Positions 8,677 to 18,989 of a stretch of DNA of 64,000 bases are shown here, in pieces. The translations under genes and the position numbers were made by a program. Origin of the DNA: Pseudomonadota bacterium. GTDB lineage: Bacteria; Pseudomonadota; Alphaproteobacteria; Paracaedibacterales; CAIOTO01. The stretch is from positions 62,001 through 126,000 of the forward strand of contig JAZKDQ010000003.1 of NCBI GenBank assembly GCA_040387495.1. Reading direction: 5' to 3'. The notes under the pieces were generated by a model. That model made no database searches. It worked only from the letters and a program-made list of their open reading frames with translations, and was not told where the DNA came from. Each line of letters starts with the position of its first letter. The stretch's first letter is position 1.

Positions 8677-10083
8677 ATGTCGGCTCCAGAAGATGATGAA
8701 GACTGTCAAGTTTTTTTGCACCCTACACAGGTGCAAACGCTTTGGGATCAGGTATGCCAACGGCTTAAAAGTGACCTGGGAAATGCCATTTATGCGAGCT
8801 GGATTGAACCCCTTAAGGTCATCACATATGATGGACAATGTTTACAATTAGCTGCCCCCACACGTTTTATGAAAGATCGCATTCAAACGCAGCATGGGGA
8901 AAAGCTGCTTACCTTGTGCCATGAGATTTTTCCTGGATTTGAAGATTATACCATTGCTATCGTTAAGAAAGAGAAAGTGCATGGTTCTGAAGTTGCCCGT
9001 GTTGATCCATTCCAGAATCAAGTAGCAGAAGCTATTTCAGAGCCAGAAGAAGAAGATTATACAAATACTTTAGATATTCGATTTACGTTTGAGAATTTTG
9101 TAATCGGCAAGCCAAATGAATTGGCCTATGCGGCTTCTCTACGTATCGCTGAGGCAGATATACCACCTTTCAACCCAATGTTTCTTTATGGCGGCGTGGG
9201 GCTTGGTAAGACGCACTTAATGCATGCAATTGCGTGGCATATTAAAAAAGTGCATCCAAAGAAGCGCGTGATTTATATGTCAGCTGAAAAATTTATGTAT
9301 GAATTTGTTCGTGCGCTTAGGTTTAAAGACACAGTTTCGTTTAAAGAACGTTTTCGTAATATTGATATTTTGATGATTGATGATGTGCAGTTCATTAGTG
9401 GAAAAGATACAACTCAAGAAGAATTCTTTCATACATTTAATGCATTGATTGATAACAATCACCAAGTTATTATTTCGGCTGATAAATCACCGTCTGATTT
9501 AGAGGGAATGGAAGAACGTCTTCGCTCTCGTCTAGGTTGGGGGTTAGTTGCAGATATTCACCCGACGACTTACGAGCTTAGGCTTGGTATTTTGCAGTCA
9601 AAGGCCGAGGCACTAAAGGTGGCTGTGCCAGCAAATGTACTTGAGCTATTGGCATTTCGTATAACATCTAACATTCGTGAACTTGAAGGCGCGTTAAATA
9701 GAATCGTTGCACATTCAACGTTGGTTGGCCGTAAAATTGATATTGACACAACACATGATGTATTGCGTGATTTGCTCCGTTCAAACGACAGGCGTGTCAT
9801 TACCATTGAAGATATTCAACAAAAAGTATGTGATTATTACAATGTTAAAATTTCAGATCTTTTATCAACACGTCGTATGCAAGTGATTGCAAAACCAAGG
9901 CAGGTTGCAATGTATTTGTGTAAGACGTTAACGCCAAAATCCTTGCCAGAGATTGGCCGTCGTTTTGGTGGACGTGATCATACTACTGTGATGCACTCTG
10001 TGAAACGCGTTGAAGAATTATGCGCGAGCGATCGTGAGTTTTCCAATGATGTAGAAGTATTGCGTCGTTCGTTGGTGTTGTAA
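8677..10083 (+). CDS. dnaA: Chromosomal replication initiator DnaA
   Basis: FTFENFV.G, GGVGLGKTHL, IDDVQF, GRRFGGRDHTTVMH. Confidence 0.99.
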   Translation: MSAPEDDEDCQVFLHPTQVQTLWDQVCQRLKSDLGNAIYASWIEPLKVITYDGQCLQLAAPTRFMKDRIQTQHGEKLLTLCHEIFPGFEDYTIAIVKKEKVHGSEVARVDPFQNQVAEAISEPEEEDYTNTLDIRFTFENFVIGKPNELAYAASLRIAEADIPPFNPMFLYGGVGLGKTHLMHAIAWHIKKVHPKKRVIYMSAEKFMYEFVRALRFKDTVSFKERFRNIDILMIDDVQFISGKDTTQEEFFHTFNALIDNNHQVIISADKSPSDLEGMEERLRSRLGWGLVADIHPTTYELRLGILQSKAEALKVAVPANVLELLAFRITSNIRELEGALNRIVAHSTLVGRKIDIDTTHDVLRDLLRSNDRRVITIEDIQQKVCDYYNVKISDLLSTRRMQVIAKPRQVAMYLCKTLTPKSLPEIGRRFGGRDHTTVMHSVKRVEELCASDREFSNDVEVLRRSLVL

Positions 10084-10090
10084 AGTATTT

Positions 10091-10122
10091 AAAAAAATCC
10101 TCAAGCTATAAACTTGAGGATT
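10091..10122. terminator. Intrinsic terminator between convergent dnaA and ppiD
   Basis: AATCCTCAAG-ctataaa-CTTGAGGATT with flanking A-tract (U-tract on the minus strand). Confidence 0.75.
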
Positions 10123-10150
10123 ATAAATGGTCATTCTACTTTATTAACGG

Positions 10151-12088
10151 TTAATCCCCGTCATTCATGCCCCGGGTTACAAGCTTCATCAACTCTTCAT
10201 TCATGGTTACATCGATACGATCACGTGCTGCTTTTGTCAGCAATGGAATAATATCCTGATGCGTCATTTTCTGAATGCTTGTTTTTATTTTTTCAGTAGT
10301 CGCTTTATCCATTGTATCTGGTTCTGTCTTCTTCAAAGCCATAATGACGATTTTATCATTAGGTGCTTCATCAAAAATTGCTTTACCAACATTTACAGTG
10401 AATAACTTTTGCAGTAATTCCGGCGTTAATGCTGAAAAGAATTTACCAGACTCTGATTCTTTAAATTCTTTAAGTTCAAAATCAATGCGACGAATTGTAT
10501 GTGAACGTGAAACCGCGAAGTTGTGTTCTTTTGCATGCGCTTTTAACTCACGGACGTCTTTTGAAACTTTTGTAAGTTGAGATGCTAATTTAATTGCTGC
10601 TTCACGTTTTTGGTTGCGCTCCCAGTCTTTTTTGACAGTATCCTTTATGGCCGCAAACTCAGGGAGTGCTGAGGGAATAACTTTTTCAACGTGAACAACA
10701 AATGCTTTCGTCGCAGACACATCGGTAATCAAGCTATCTTTGTTCTCATTAAGAGCAAATATTTGCTCTAATGTAACCATTTTGATGTCTTGTGGTAGTG
10801 AAGCAAGAGCATCTGTGCTATCACGTGCTTCACCATTTTGATTAAGTTCAGAAAGGTTTGTCACTTTGAGGCCATGTTTAGCTGCGGCGTCACTTAATTT
10901 AAGACCGCCCGCTAAATCATCATCAAATGAGTTCCGAAGATCTTGAAAGTACTCAGGGTACTTTTGTGCGCGCACATCTTCTTCAATTTTCGTGCGAACT
11001 GCTGCAAGAGGTTGTGTAACTGCAGGCTCAATACGTGTTACTTCATAGATAGAATATGAAGTTCCATTTTCAAGTGGAGCGCTCTTCTTGTTTACTGGCA
11101 GTGAAAATACAACTGAACGTACATTTTCTGATAAATTTTCTTTTTCAAGCAACCCCATATCTTCATACGTGCCTCCTGGAACATCGCGAACAACAGCAGT
11201 CATTGGGCGACCTTTTCTTAAATGTTCAAGTGCTGCTGCAGCTGCAGCATGGTTAGGATAGGTAACACGGCGAACAATACGACGTTCTGCTTGTGTGAAA
11301 TCTGCGAGTGAACTGTTATAACGTTCAGTTATTTCTTCTTCACTCAGTTTTATGTTTTTAGCGAGAATGCTTTGATCAAAAATAACAACTTGTGCTTTGC
11401 GATATTCAGGAATTCTATATGATTCAGCTTTTTGAGTAAATAAAAGCTTTAAATCGTCTTCGGTTGCTTTTTTATCAAGTTGTATTGCACTAAAGGGAAT
11501 TGTAACTGAAAAAAAGCGATGCTTTGTTGTAAGTGCGTCTGTAATGAGATCAATGGCAAAATTTGGTAAGCTCATCGCTGATGCGAGTGTGCCAGCAAAT
11601 TGTTGTTTGTAAATATCTTCACGTATTTGCTCTAAAAATTTTGGCTCACTTATGCCATTAGATCTGAGGACTTCGCGTAAAAGTGCGCCATCATAAAACC
11701 CGTCTTTTTTGAAAGCTGCTTGATTGCGAATGACTTCTCCTACAAAAACATCAGAAGCAGAAAAATGCATGTTTCTGAGTAACTGTGTGAGTGCTTTTTG
11801 ATTAATTAATCGTTCCAGTACAATTGTATGTAATTGTAGTTTTTTAAGGACAGCAGGATCAACTTTGCCGTTATACATTTGTTGAATTCGATTTGTTTCT
11901 TGGTTAAGCGTATGTGATAGCTCTTCAGCTGAAATATCAAATTTGCCAACTTTTGCGATTGGTCGGTTTGCCCAATATTTTTGAATAACGTCTGCAATTC
12001 CCCATATAGAAAAACTGGCAATAATGAACCCTAAAAGTATTTTAACCAGTAAACCTTGTCGGCGACCGTGAATTTTTTTTAAAAACAT
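10151..12088 (-). CDS. ppiD: Periplasmic chaperone / peptidyl-prolyl isomerase, PpiD/SurA N-terminal family
   Basis: N-terminal TM ASFSIWGI.D, AF.KDG.YD, YRIPEYR, FTQAERR.V; 645 aa. Confidence 0.85.
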   Translation of the reverse strand: MFLKKIHGRRQGLLVKILLGFIIASFSIWGIADVIQKYWANRPIAKVGKFDISAEELSHTLNQETNRIQQMYNGKVDPAVLKKLQLHTIVLERLINQKALTQLLRNMHFSASDVFVGEVIRNQAAFKKDGFYDGALLREVLRSNGISEPKFLEQIREDIYKQQFAGTLASAMSLPNFAIDLITDALTTKHRFFSVTIPFSAIQLDKKATEDDLKLLFTQKAESYRIPEYRKAQVVIFDQSILAKNIKLSEEEITERYNSSLADFTQAERRIVRRVTYPNHAAAAAALEHLRKGRPMTAVVRDVPGGTYEDMGLLEKENLSENVRSVVFSLPVNKKSAPLENGTSYSIYEVTRIEPAVTQPLAAVRTKIEEDVRAQKYPEYFQDLRNSFDDDLAGGLKLSDAAAKHGLKVTNLSELNQNGEARDSTDALASLPQDIKMVTLEQIFALNENKDSLITDVSATKAFVVHVEKVIPSALPEFAAIKDTVKKDWERNQKREAAIKLASQLTKVSKDVRELKAHAKEHNFAVSRSHTIRRIDFELKEFKESESGKFFSALTPELLQKLFTVNVGKAIFDEAPNDKIVIMALKKTEPDTMDKATTEKIKTSIQKMTHQDIIPLLTKAARDRIDVTMNEELMKLVTRGMNDGD

Positions 12089-12214
12089 ATGTATGTGTGC
12101 TTTCGTACTGTTTTAGTAAAAGTACAACTAGTGTAGCTACTGTTTGCGAAAGACTCAAGGAATGATAATAGGAACTTTGGAAAAAAATGTCTTGAAGATG
12201 AAATTTCAAGAAAA

Positions 12215-12289
12215 TGGCTCCCCGGGACAGATTCGAACTGCCGACCAAGTGGTTAACAGCCACTTGCTCTACCACTGAGCTACCGGGGA
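12215..12289 (-). tRNA. tRNA-Asn (GTT)
   Basis: TCCCCGGTAGCTCAGTGGTAGAGCAAGTGGCTGTTAACCACTTGGTCGGCAGTTCGAATCTGTCCCGGGGAGCCA; cloverleaf, encoded CCA. Confidence 0.98.
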
Positions 12290-12301
12290 ATGATGTAGAT
12301 A

Positions 12302-12330
12302 TTATTAGCAGATAATGTTTTGCTTGGCAA
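12302..12330 (-). promoter_or_regulatory. Sigma70-type promoter of tRNA-Asn
   Basis: TTGCCA-17 nt-TAATAA, 12 nt upstream of tRNA. Confidence 0.65.
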
Positions 12331-12523
12331 AGGTTTTTTGTGAAATCAGTTTAAAATTCTCACTATTTTTAGCAGACTTTGTTTTTTATCATATTTTATC
12401 TTAAAATTTTCAATGTTTTGACTTTTGTTTAAGTAGAGTTTGTTGTTTTTTCAACTTAAGCTTTTTATGCCATTCATTTTTTGATAGTATAATATAAATA
12501 CATTTAATTTTTCGAAAAATCAC

Positions 12524-13045
12524 GTGAATAGTTTTGAGCCAAATAAGATTTTAGCCGCCATGTTAGTGGCTTTGCTGGCAGCTAAGGTTTTTGATATCGC
12601 GGGCAACAATTTGGTTGCTCCTGTTGTAAAGCTGAAAAAAGATGTTTTGATTGTTGCTATTCCAGAGGGAGGTGCTGTTGGGCATGCTGAAAAGGAAAAA
12701 GTATTAGCACCAATAACACCTTTGTTAGCGACAGCGAACCTTGCAAATGGGGAAAAGTCTTTCAAGAAATGTATGCAATGCCACGTTATTGAAAAAGATA
12801 AGCCGCACGGTATTGGTCCTAGTTTATGGGGTGTAGTTGGTCGTGCAATAGCTTCAACAGCCGATTATGCATATTCAGGTGCAATGAAAGAAAAAGCATC
12901 TTCTATGTGGGATGTGGAAGCACTTAATCATTTTATTCATAATCCGCGCAAATTTGTAAAAGGCACGAAAATGACATTTATGGGTATAGAAACCGATCAA
13001 GAGCGTGCTGATCTTATTGCGTATTTGCAAAAAGCAGGGGCTTAG
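12524..13045 (+). CDS. cycM: Membrane-anchored cytochrome c (CycM/c2 family)
   Basis: CMQCH heme motif, GPSLWGVVGR, GTKMTF.G; N-terminal MNSFE.NKI TM anchor; GTG start. Confidence 0.92.
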   Translation: MNSFEPNKILAAMLVALLAAKVFDIAGNNLVAPVVKLKKDVLIVAIPEGGAVGHAEKEKVLAPITPLLATANLANGEKSFKKCMQCHVIEKDKPHGIGPSLWGVVGRAIASTADYAYSGAMKEKASSMWDVEALNHFIHNPRKFVKGTKMTFMGIETDQERADLIAYLQKAGA

Positions 13046-13049
13046 GCTT

Positions 13050-14531
13050 CTACCGGAACGGCGGTTCATCAAAACCACGTAATTTTCGTGAATGCAATTG
13101 TTCGGATCCACCTTCACGCAGTAAACGAATCGTTTCTAGGCCAATTTCAAGATGTTGTGTAATCCGTTGGCGATAAAATGCGTTGGCAATGCCTTGTAGC
13201 TTAATTTCACCATGAATAGGTTTGTCTGACACGCATAAAAGTGTGCCGTACGGTACACGAAAACGAAAACCATTGGCTGTCACGGTTGCAGATTCCATAT
13301 CGACGGCAATCGCGCGGCTTTGTCTGAATCGTTCATAAAATTCTCGTGATTGTAATTCCCAATTGCGATTGTCTGTTGTGAGTACAGTGCCAGTTCGCAT
13401 GTGTGATTTGAGTTCTTCAGAGTTTTCCTGTGTTACATTCAAGACTGCTTTTTGCAAGGCAACTTGAACTTCTGCCAATGGCGGTACAGGAACCCAAAGC
13501 GGAAGATCTTGATCCAACACGTGGTCTTCGCGTACGTAGCCATGGGCAAGCACATAGTCACCAAGGTTTTGAGTTGATCGTAAGCCCGCGCAGTGACCTA
13601 GCATTAACCAGCAGTGTGGTCTTAATACAGCTAAGTGATCGGTGATCGTTTTAGCATTACTGGGCCCTACGCCAATGTTAATAAAGGTTATACCCTGTCC
13701 ATCGGCACGTTTTAAGTGGTAAGCGGGCATTTGCGGTAGGCTTGCTGGTTTTTGACAGGTTTCAGTTGTTAGGTTATCACGTGTATAATGCAGGCCACCT
13801 GGTCCCACAAATTCAGTGTACCCTGAGTTTTTATCTTTAAGTTGGTTTATACTAAAATCAATGAATGCGTCAATATAACGTTGATAGTTTGTTAATAAAA
13901 TAAAACTTTGAAAATGTTCTGTTTGCGTGCCTGTATAGTGATGCAATCTATGCAATGAGAAGTCAACTCGTTCCCCAGTAAATAGTGAAATAGGACGTAT
14001 GAAGGTGCTAGGTGCTGTACAATTTGGCCCATTATCATCAATACGTGAAAGATTCGGCAGCACAAATGCATTTTTTACTTGCCATAATTGTTCTCCGGCT
14101 AAATTGGATGATGAATGCTCAACCGCAAAGGGAAGGGGGATTGCCCAAGAACTTCTTCCGATGACAATTGGTACTTTGTGGCGCTCTAGAATAAGCTGGA
14201 TTTGTTCTCTGTAATATTCATGAAAAAGATCTGGTTCGGTTAACGTGCCACCGTAAAGACCTGATTCAGTGACGGCACCATAGCTGACGCTTGGATCATT
14301 ATACAGATCTTTATTTTCAACACGAAATCCAAGGTATGGATAACACCCAGAAGTGATATTGATTTCATCTGTATGGCCATCAAGCGCCTTAGAGAAGGCA
14401 TCTTGTATCGTCGTTACGCTATCATCATAAATCTTTTTAATATAAGTAACGGCTTCGTTTGCATCCGTAAATGATTGTGCTTCATAGATTGGGAACTCGG
14501 TGGTTGAGTGGTTCGGGATTGGTTGTGTCAT
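13050..14531 (-). CDS. amn: AMP nucleosidase
   Basis: SLHRLHHYTG, QMPAYHL, NIGVGPSNAKTITDHLAVLRP, DMESA, LLCVSDKP.HGE. Confidence 0.97.
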   Translation of the reverse strand: MTQPIPNHSTTEFPIYEAQSFTDANEAVTYIKKIYDDSVTTIQDAFSKALDGHTDEINITSGCYPYLGFRVENKDLYNDPSVSYGAVTESGLYGGTLTEPDLFHEYYREQIQLILERHKVPIVIGRSSWAIPLPFAVEHSSSNLAGEQLWQVKNAFVLPNLSRIDDNGPNCTAPSTFIRPISLFTGERVDFSLHRLHHYTGTQTEHFQSFILLTNYQRYIDAFIDFSINQLKDKNSGYTEFVGPGGLHYTRDNLTTETCQKPASLPQMPAYHLKRADGQGITFINIGVGPSNAKTITDHLAVLRPHCWLMLGHCAGLRSTQNLGDYVLAHGYVREDHVLDQDLPLWVPVPPLAEVQVALQKAVLNVTQENSEELKSHMRTGTVLTTDNRNWELQSREFYERFRQSRAIAVDMESATVTANGFRFRVPYGTLLCVSDKPIHGEIKLQGIANAFYRQRITQHLEIGLETIRLLREGGSEQLHSRKLRGFDEPPFR

Positions 14532-15455
14532 TTAAGAATCCTCTAGCCCAACGAGGGCGTATGCAAATTGTTTGGCTGAAAATGGTTGTAGGTCATCGAA
14601 TGATTCACCAACACCCAGTCCATAAATAGGAAGTCCATATTTGTCAGCAAGACCAACAACAATGCCGCCTTTTGCAGTGCCATCTAGTTTCGTAATAATC
14701 AATCCTGTGACATTTGCTGCTTTTTGAAAAACATCAACTTGTTGTATCGCATTTTGTCCTGTCGTTGCGTCTAAAACGAGAATGACGTGATGCGGGGCGA
14801 CTGGAATTATTTTTTTAAGGACACGTTGGATTTTAGTAAGTTCGTCCATAAGGTGGTCTTTGTTATGAAGGCGGCCAGCCGTATCAATCATGAGAATATT
14901 TGCGCCTGATTTGCTTGCTTTTTGAATGGATTCAAAAGCTAGGCCTGATGCATCGTGCCCTTGTTGGCTTGTATAAAGCTTAACATTCAGGCGATCTGCC
15001 CATACCTGGAGTTGCTCAGTTGCTGCGGCACGAAATGTATCACATGCGGCTAACTCGACCACATAACCTTGATCTTTCCATTGTTTGGCGAGTTTGCTAA
15101 TTGTTGTTGTTTTTCCGCTGCCATTGACACCAATCATTAAGACGACGTTAAGAGAAGTCTTTGAAAAGGTCATTGATTTTGCAACTGGTTCAAGCTTTGT
15201 TTCTATATGCTGTGCGAGAATGGCAAGAACTTCGTCAGAGGTTGTGTCGGGTGATAATTTTTGATCGCTTAAATGCGCACGTAACATAGCTGCTGTTGCA
15301 ACGCCCATGTCAGCTTGTATGAGAATGTCTTCGATTTCATCTAATAGAGCAGCATCAAGTTTTCGATTAATAAACACATCACGTATTTTCGATCCGACTT
15401 GATTTGTCGATCGTTTTAACCCTGTCTTTAAGCGTTGCCACCATGTGGTTGTCAA
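14532..15455 (-). CDS. ftsY: Signal recognition particle receptor FtsY (short form)
   Basis: GVNGSGKTTTI, DTFRAAA, DTAGRL, TKLDGTAKGG; TTG start overlaps mtaB stop. Confidence 0.97.
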   Translation of the reverse strand: MTTTWWQRLKTGLKRSTNQVGSKIRDVFINRKLDAALLDEIEDILIQADMGVATAAMLRAHLSDQKLSPDTTSDEVLAILAQHIETKLEPVAKSMTFSKTSLNVVLMIGVNGSGKTTTISKLAKQWKDQGYVVELAACDTFRAAATEQLQVWADRLNVKLYTSQQGHDASGLAFESIQKASKSGANILMIDTAGRLHNKDHLMDELTKIQRVLKKIIPVAPHHVILVLDATTGQNAIQQVDVFQKAANVTGLIITKLDGTAKGGIVVGLADKYGLPIYGLGVGESFDDLQPFSAKQFAYALVGLEDS

Positions 15456-16780
15456 AGAAGTATCCCCGAAAGATGTGTGAATTCATTTTTTTGGATTTTA
15501 ACACGACTAATGGGGGGGATGGAAAGCCCAAAAGGTACATTTTCGATAATAACAGGGGCAAAATGATCAGTTTTACCTTTAATTGTATTATTTTCAGTGG
15601 ATTCAACGAGAATCGAAAGCTCTTGTCCAACAAGACGATCATAAAAACGTTGTTCAGCTTGCTCACCTTTTTTACGCAAACGCGCTGCACGTTCTTTAAT
15701 AACAGGTCCTTGAAGTTGCGGCATCTTGCTTGCAGGAGTGCCAGGACGAGGTGAGTAGGGAAATACATGCAGATAGGTAAGATCACATTCATCGACGATT
15801 CGGAGTGAGTTCTCAAACATTTCATCTGTTTCAGTTGGAAAACCAGCAATAAGGTCTGCACCAAAAGCAACCTCAGGGCGTAGCCTACGGGCTTTTTTAC
15901 AAAATTCAATGGCATCTTCACGAAGATGACGACGCTTCATACGTTTTAAAATCATATTATCACCTGCTTGCAAGCTCATATGAAGGTGAGGCATAAGACG
16001 TGGTTCGTTTGCAATAAGCTGCCATAAGTCATCGTCAATTTCGACAGGATCAAGGGATGATAAACGAAGGCGCTTTAGATCTGGAACAAGTGCAAGTACA
16101 CGCCTGATCATTTGACCAAGTGTTGGTGTGCCAGGAAGATCTTCACCATAGGCAGTGATATCAACACCTGTGAATGCAATTTCATGATAGCCAGCTTCAA
16201 CAAGGGTGCGTAGTTGTTCCACTATTTCACCAATGGCAACGCTGCGTGAATTGCCACGACCATAAGGAATAATACAAAACGTACAACGATGATTACAGCC
16301 GTTCTGAACTTGAACAAAGGCACGTGCTTTGCCATCAAAGCCAGAAACCAAATGCAATGCTGTTTCAGTAACTGACATGATGTCATTTACGGTGAGACGT
16401 TCATGCCCTGGTGCTTTAAGATTTGTGTATGTATCAATTTTCATTTTGTCGTCGTTACCGATCACGGCATCGACTTCAGTCATTTTTGTGTATGATTCAG
16501 CATTTACTTGTGCAGAACAACCGGTAACGATAATTTTGGCGTTAGGATGTTCACGGCGAAGTTTACGTATGGTTTGACGTGCTTGACGTTCGGCTTCAGA
16601 TGTGACGGCACAGGTATTGATGATAATCGCATTTTCAAGCCCAGCGGCTTTTGTGAGCGACTTTATAACTTCTGATTCATATGTGTTAAGGCGGCAGCCA
16701 AAGGTGATAATCTTAGGATCTAGGGGAGACTGTGAGTCTGAAATTGATATGGGTAACGTTTCTTCTGCCGTAGATGTCAT
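15452..16780 (-). CDS. mtaB: tRNA t6A37 methylthiotransferase MtaB
   Basis: TFGCRLN.YES, NTCAVT, VTGC.AQ, radical SAM CNHRCTFC. Confidence 0.95.
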   Translation of the reverse strand: MTSTAEETLPISISDSQSPLDPKIITFGCRLNTYESEVIKSLTKAAGLENAIIINTCAVTSEAERQARQTIRKLRREHPNAKIIVTGCSAQVNAESYTKMTEVDAVIGNDDKMKIDTYTNLKAPGHERLTVNDIMSVTETALHLVSGFDGKARAFVQVQNGCNHRCTFCIIPYGRGNSRSVAIGEIVEQLRTLVEAGYHEIAFTGVDITAYGEDLPGTPTLGQMIRRVLALVPDLKRLRLSSLDPVEIDDDLWQLIANEPRLMPHLHMSLQAGDNMILKRMKRRHLREDAIEFCKKARRLRPEVAFGADLIAGFPTETDEMFENSLRIVDECDLTYLHVFPYSPRPGTPASKMPQLQGPVIKERAARLRKKGEQAEQRFYDRLVGQELSILVESTENNTIKGKTDHFAPVIIENVPFGLSIPPISRVKIQKNEFTHLSGILL

Positions 16781-16850
16781 AGAAAGACGTCCTTTTTAAA
16801 TTGTTATAAGCACGACCTAAATGGGGAATCATTTGTTGTTAGGTATAAAA

Positions 16851-16926
16851 TGGTGCCCGAAGCCGGATTCGAACCAGCGACACAGGGATTTTCAATCCCT
16901 TGCTCTACCAACTGAGCTATTCGGGC
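16851..16926 (-). tRNA. tRNA-Phe (GAA)
   Basis: GCCCGAATAGCTCAGTTGGTAGAGCAAGGGATTGAAAATCCCTGTGTCGCTGGTTCGAATCCGGCTTCGGGCACCA. Confidence 0.98.
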
Positions 16927-16947
16927 ACGTCACTAACGACGTTTTTA

Positions 16948-16976
16948 TTGATACCGCCTTTTGAATCATTTGTCCA
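16948..16976 (-). promoter_or_regulatory. Sigma70-type promoter of tRNA-Phe
   Basis: TGGACA-17 nt-TATCAA upstream of tRNA. Confidence 0.5.
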
Positions 16977-17157
16977 GAGAAAAAGATGTAATGTTTTAGA
17001 TAAACGAGATTGATTAAAGTCATTTTCAGTGAGCCAAGGTTTAATTTTTTTTTAAAGTGCGATTGAAAAATAAGCAAATGCTCACTATTTTATATTTGCA
17101 ATTTTAGATAAATTTGTAGCAAAATGAATTTACGTCCTCATATCTGATTGTCATTCC

Positions 17158-17748
17158 ATGAAATACAACGAAACGCCTTTAATGACGGCTAAAATTTGCC
17201 ATGACTTAGCGACGCCTCTCAGCGCGATGAGCTTGTTGATGGACTTAGCATTTGATAAATGTGTGGACCCTCATATCGAAGCTACTTTTCGTGAAAGTCT
17301 TGAAAAAGCTACGTTAAAACTACAATTCTTTCGTCTTTTATTAACGATAAATCAAGAGCATCCACTATATTCAGACGCGCATGGCATGTTGATAAAAGCA
17401 GCTAAGGCGCTTAAAATTAGACTTACTCTACCAAATGAATGTCCTGATGGGCCAGGTGCACGATTGTTGCTTGGGTTAACAAATATTCTCATGGAAGGTT
17501 TGATACGAGGAGGGACTATTAATGTCGTCGTTGAAGCTAATGTTTTGCGTTTAACTGCAGAAGGGGAGCCTTTACAGCTTCGTCCTGGGTATGTCGATGC
17601 ACTTACGCAGGTAAATGACACGGAAGTGCATGCACGAAATATCTTGCCACATTATTTAGCAAACCTTGCCGCATCAATGGGTTTATCTATAAAAGTGTCA
17701 ATATTGAACAAAGAAAGAATTGTGATAGAGACGATGGTGAAAAAGTAG
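17158..17748 (+). CDS. chpT: Histidine phosphotransferase ChpT
   Basis: AKICHDLATP phosphoacceptor motif, KLQFFRL, LIRGG.I. Confidence 0.85.
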   Translation: MKYNETPLMTAKICHDLATPLSAMSLLMDLAFDKCVDPHIEATFRESLEKATLKLQFFRLLLTINQEHPLYSDAHGMLIKAAKALKIRLTLPNECPDGPGARLLLGLTNILMEGLIRGGTINVVVEANVLRLTAEGEPLQLRPGYVDALTQVNDTEVHARNILPHYLANLAASMGLSIKVSILNKERIVIETMVKK

Positions 17749-17759
17749 GCTAAGTGCTT

Positions 17760-18203
17760 CTACTTTTCTTTCCATAGATTTTCTTGTTTCAAACGCTGTG
17801 TAATCTCTTTCGGCATATAACGCTCATCATGTTTTGCTAACAAACGCTCAGCCTGAAAAATTCCATTTTTAAGAACGCCTTCCGCAATAACACCTTGGTT
17901 TTCACGAAAAAGTTCAGGCGCAATGCCGTGGTAGTGAACTGACATAAAGGCACCTTTTTCATCCGTAATAGTAAATGTTATATCAATCCCATTCTTTTTA
18001 ATACTATCTGCTGTAACAAGGCCTCCTAGTCGAAAGCGTTTTCCTGACTTAGCCGGGTGATCATTTTGCATTAAGATAAATTCGGATGGGGTGACAAAGA
18101 ACAGCATGTTCTCACGAAAGGTGCTGGTGAGCCATAAGGCGAGTCCTACAGCAATGAGAAGTGCACCCAGAACTTGGATGAGGCGTTCATGCATCCGTGT
18201 CAT
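17760..18203 (-). CDS. ccmE: Cytochrome c maturation heme chaperone CcmE
   Basis: FFVTPSE, RLGGLV, LFRENQGVIAEG, LAKHDERYMP; ATG start at 18203 preferred. Confidence 0.96.
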   Translation of the reverse strand: MTRMHERLIQVLGALLIAVGLALWLTSTFRENMLFFVTPSEFILMQNDHPAKSGKRFRLGGLVTADSIKKNGIDITFTITDEKGAFMSVHYHGIAPELFRENQGVIAEGVLKNGIFQAERLLAKHDERYMPKEITQRLKQENLWKEK

Positions 18204-18279
18204 GTGATTTAACAATTTTAAGATAAAGAAGGATCAGCAGCAGCGCAGTTATTCCATAGGCCAGCATTACATAGCACAT
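18187..18279 (-). CDS. ccmD: Heme exporter protein CcmD (30 aa; absent from the ORF track)
   Basis: MCYVMLAYGITALLLILLYLKIVKSHDTDA; YV..AYG.T signature, one TM helix, GAGGA RBS 7 nt upstream, lies between ccmC and ccmE and overlaps both. Confidence 0.85.
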   Translation of the reverse strand: MCYVMLAYGITALLLILLYLKIVKSHDTDA

Positions 18280-18983
18280 GACGGTGTCCTCATACTCTCA
18301 CTCATTAAACGTTCCATGCGGTAGGTGCCCAAATAAATGGCATACAGAGCGAAGGCTAAGGCCATTATCCATAAAGGCCATGCCATGGACGGGTGCAGAG
18401 CTGATGTTTTGGCAAACACACGGATTGTCGCAGGTTGATGAAGTGTGTACCACCATTCAACAGAGCCTTTGATGATAGGGATATTAATGAACCCTAAGAC
18501 AGAAAGGAATGATGCAGGTACAAGTTGCCTGAGGTTATGAGGACGGCTTAAATGAATATATCCAATGTACAAAAGTAACAGTATAAACATTGATGTAAGA
18601 CGCGCATCCCAGACCCAAAAAGCACCCCAAGTAGGCTTTCCCCATAAACTGCCTGTCGCAAGACTAATCACGCAATAGGTAAAACCAATGGGTGCGATAG
18701 CTTTGCTGATGAGGAAAAATTGAGGCATGCGTGTGATAAGGCCAATGGCTGAAAGTATAGCCATGCAACTGTAAATTGCTAAGGCGCCCCATGATGCAGG
18801 CACGTGAACGTAAAGAATGCGTGCATACTCGCCTTGTTGATAGTCAGCTGGTACGGAAAAGAGCCCGCCCCATACACCTAAAGCAAAAAGTAGTAGCGCA
18901 GGAATGCCTGATAGTTTGCGTGCCAATAAGGTGGTTTTTAAAAGTGATTTAGGTTTTAGAAGTGCATAGAGAGTTGTGCGCAT
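18267..18983 (-). CDS. ccmC: Heme exporter protein CcmC
   Basis: RILYVHVP, TGSLWGKPTWG..WVWDARLTS, SVEWWYTLHQ. Confidence 0.96.
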   Translation of the reverse strand: MRTTLYALLKPKSLLKTTLLARKLSGIPALLLFALGVWGGLFSVPADYQQGEYARILYVHVPASWGALAIYSCMAILSAIGLITRMPQFFLISKAIAPIGFTYCVISLATGSLWGKPTWGAFWVWDARLTSMFILLLLYIGYIHLSRPHNLRQLVPASFLSVLGFINIPIIKGSVEWWYTLHQPATIRVFAKTSALHPSMAWPLWIMALAFALYAIYLGTYRMERLMSESMRTPSCAM

Positions 18984-18989
18984 GATCAA

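Noticed and set aside
12042..12275. ORFs overlapping tRNAs (also 16892-17077 and 27791-28000)
   Set aside because: Spurious frames across tRNA genes and their promoters.
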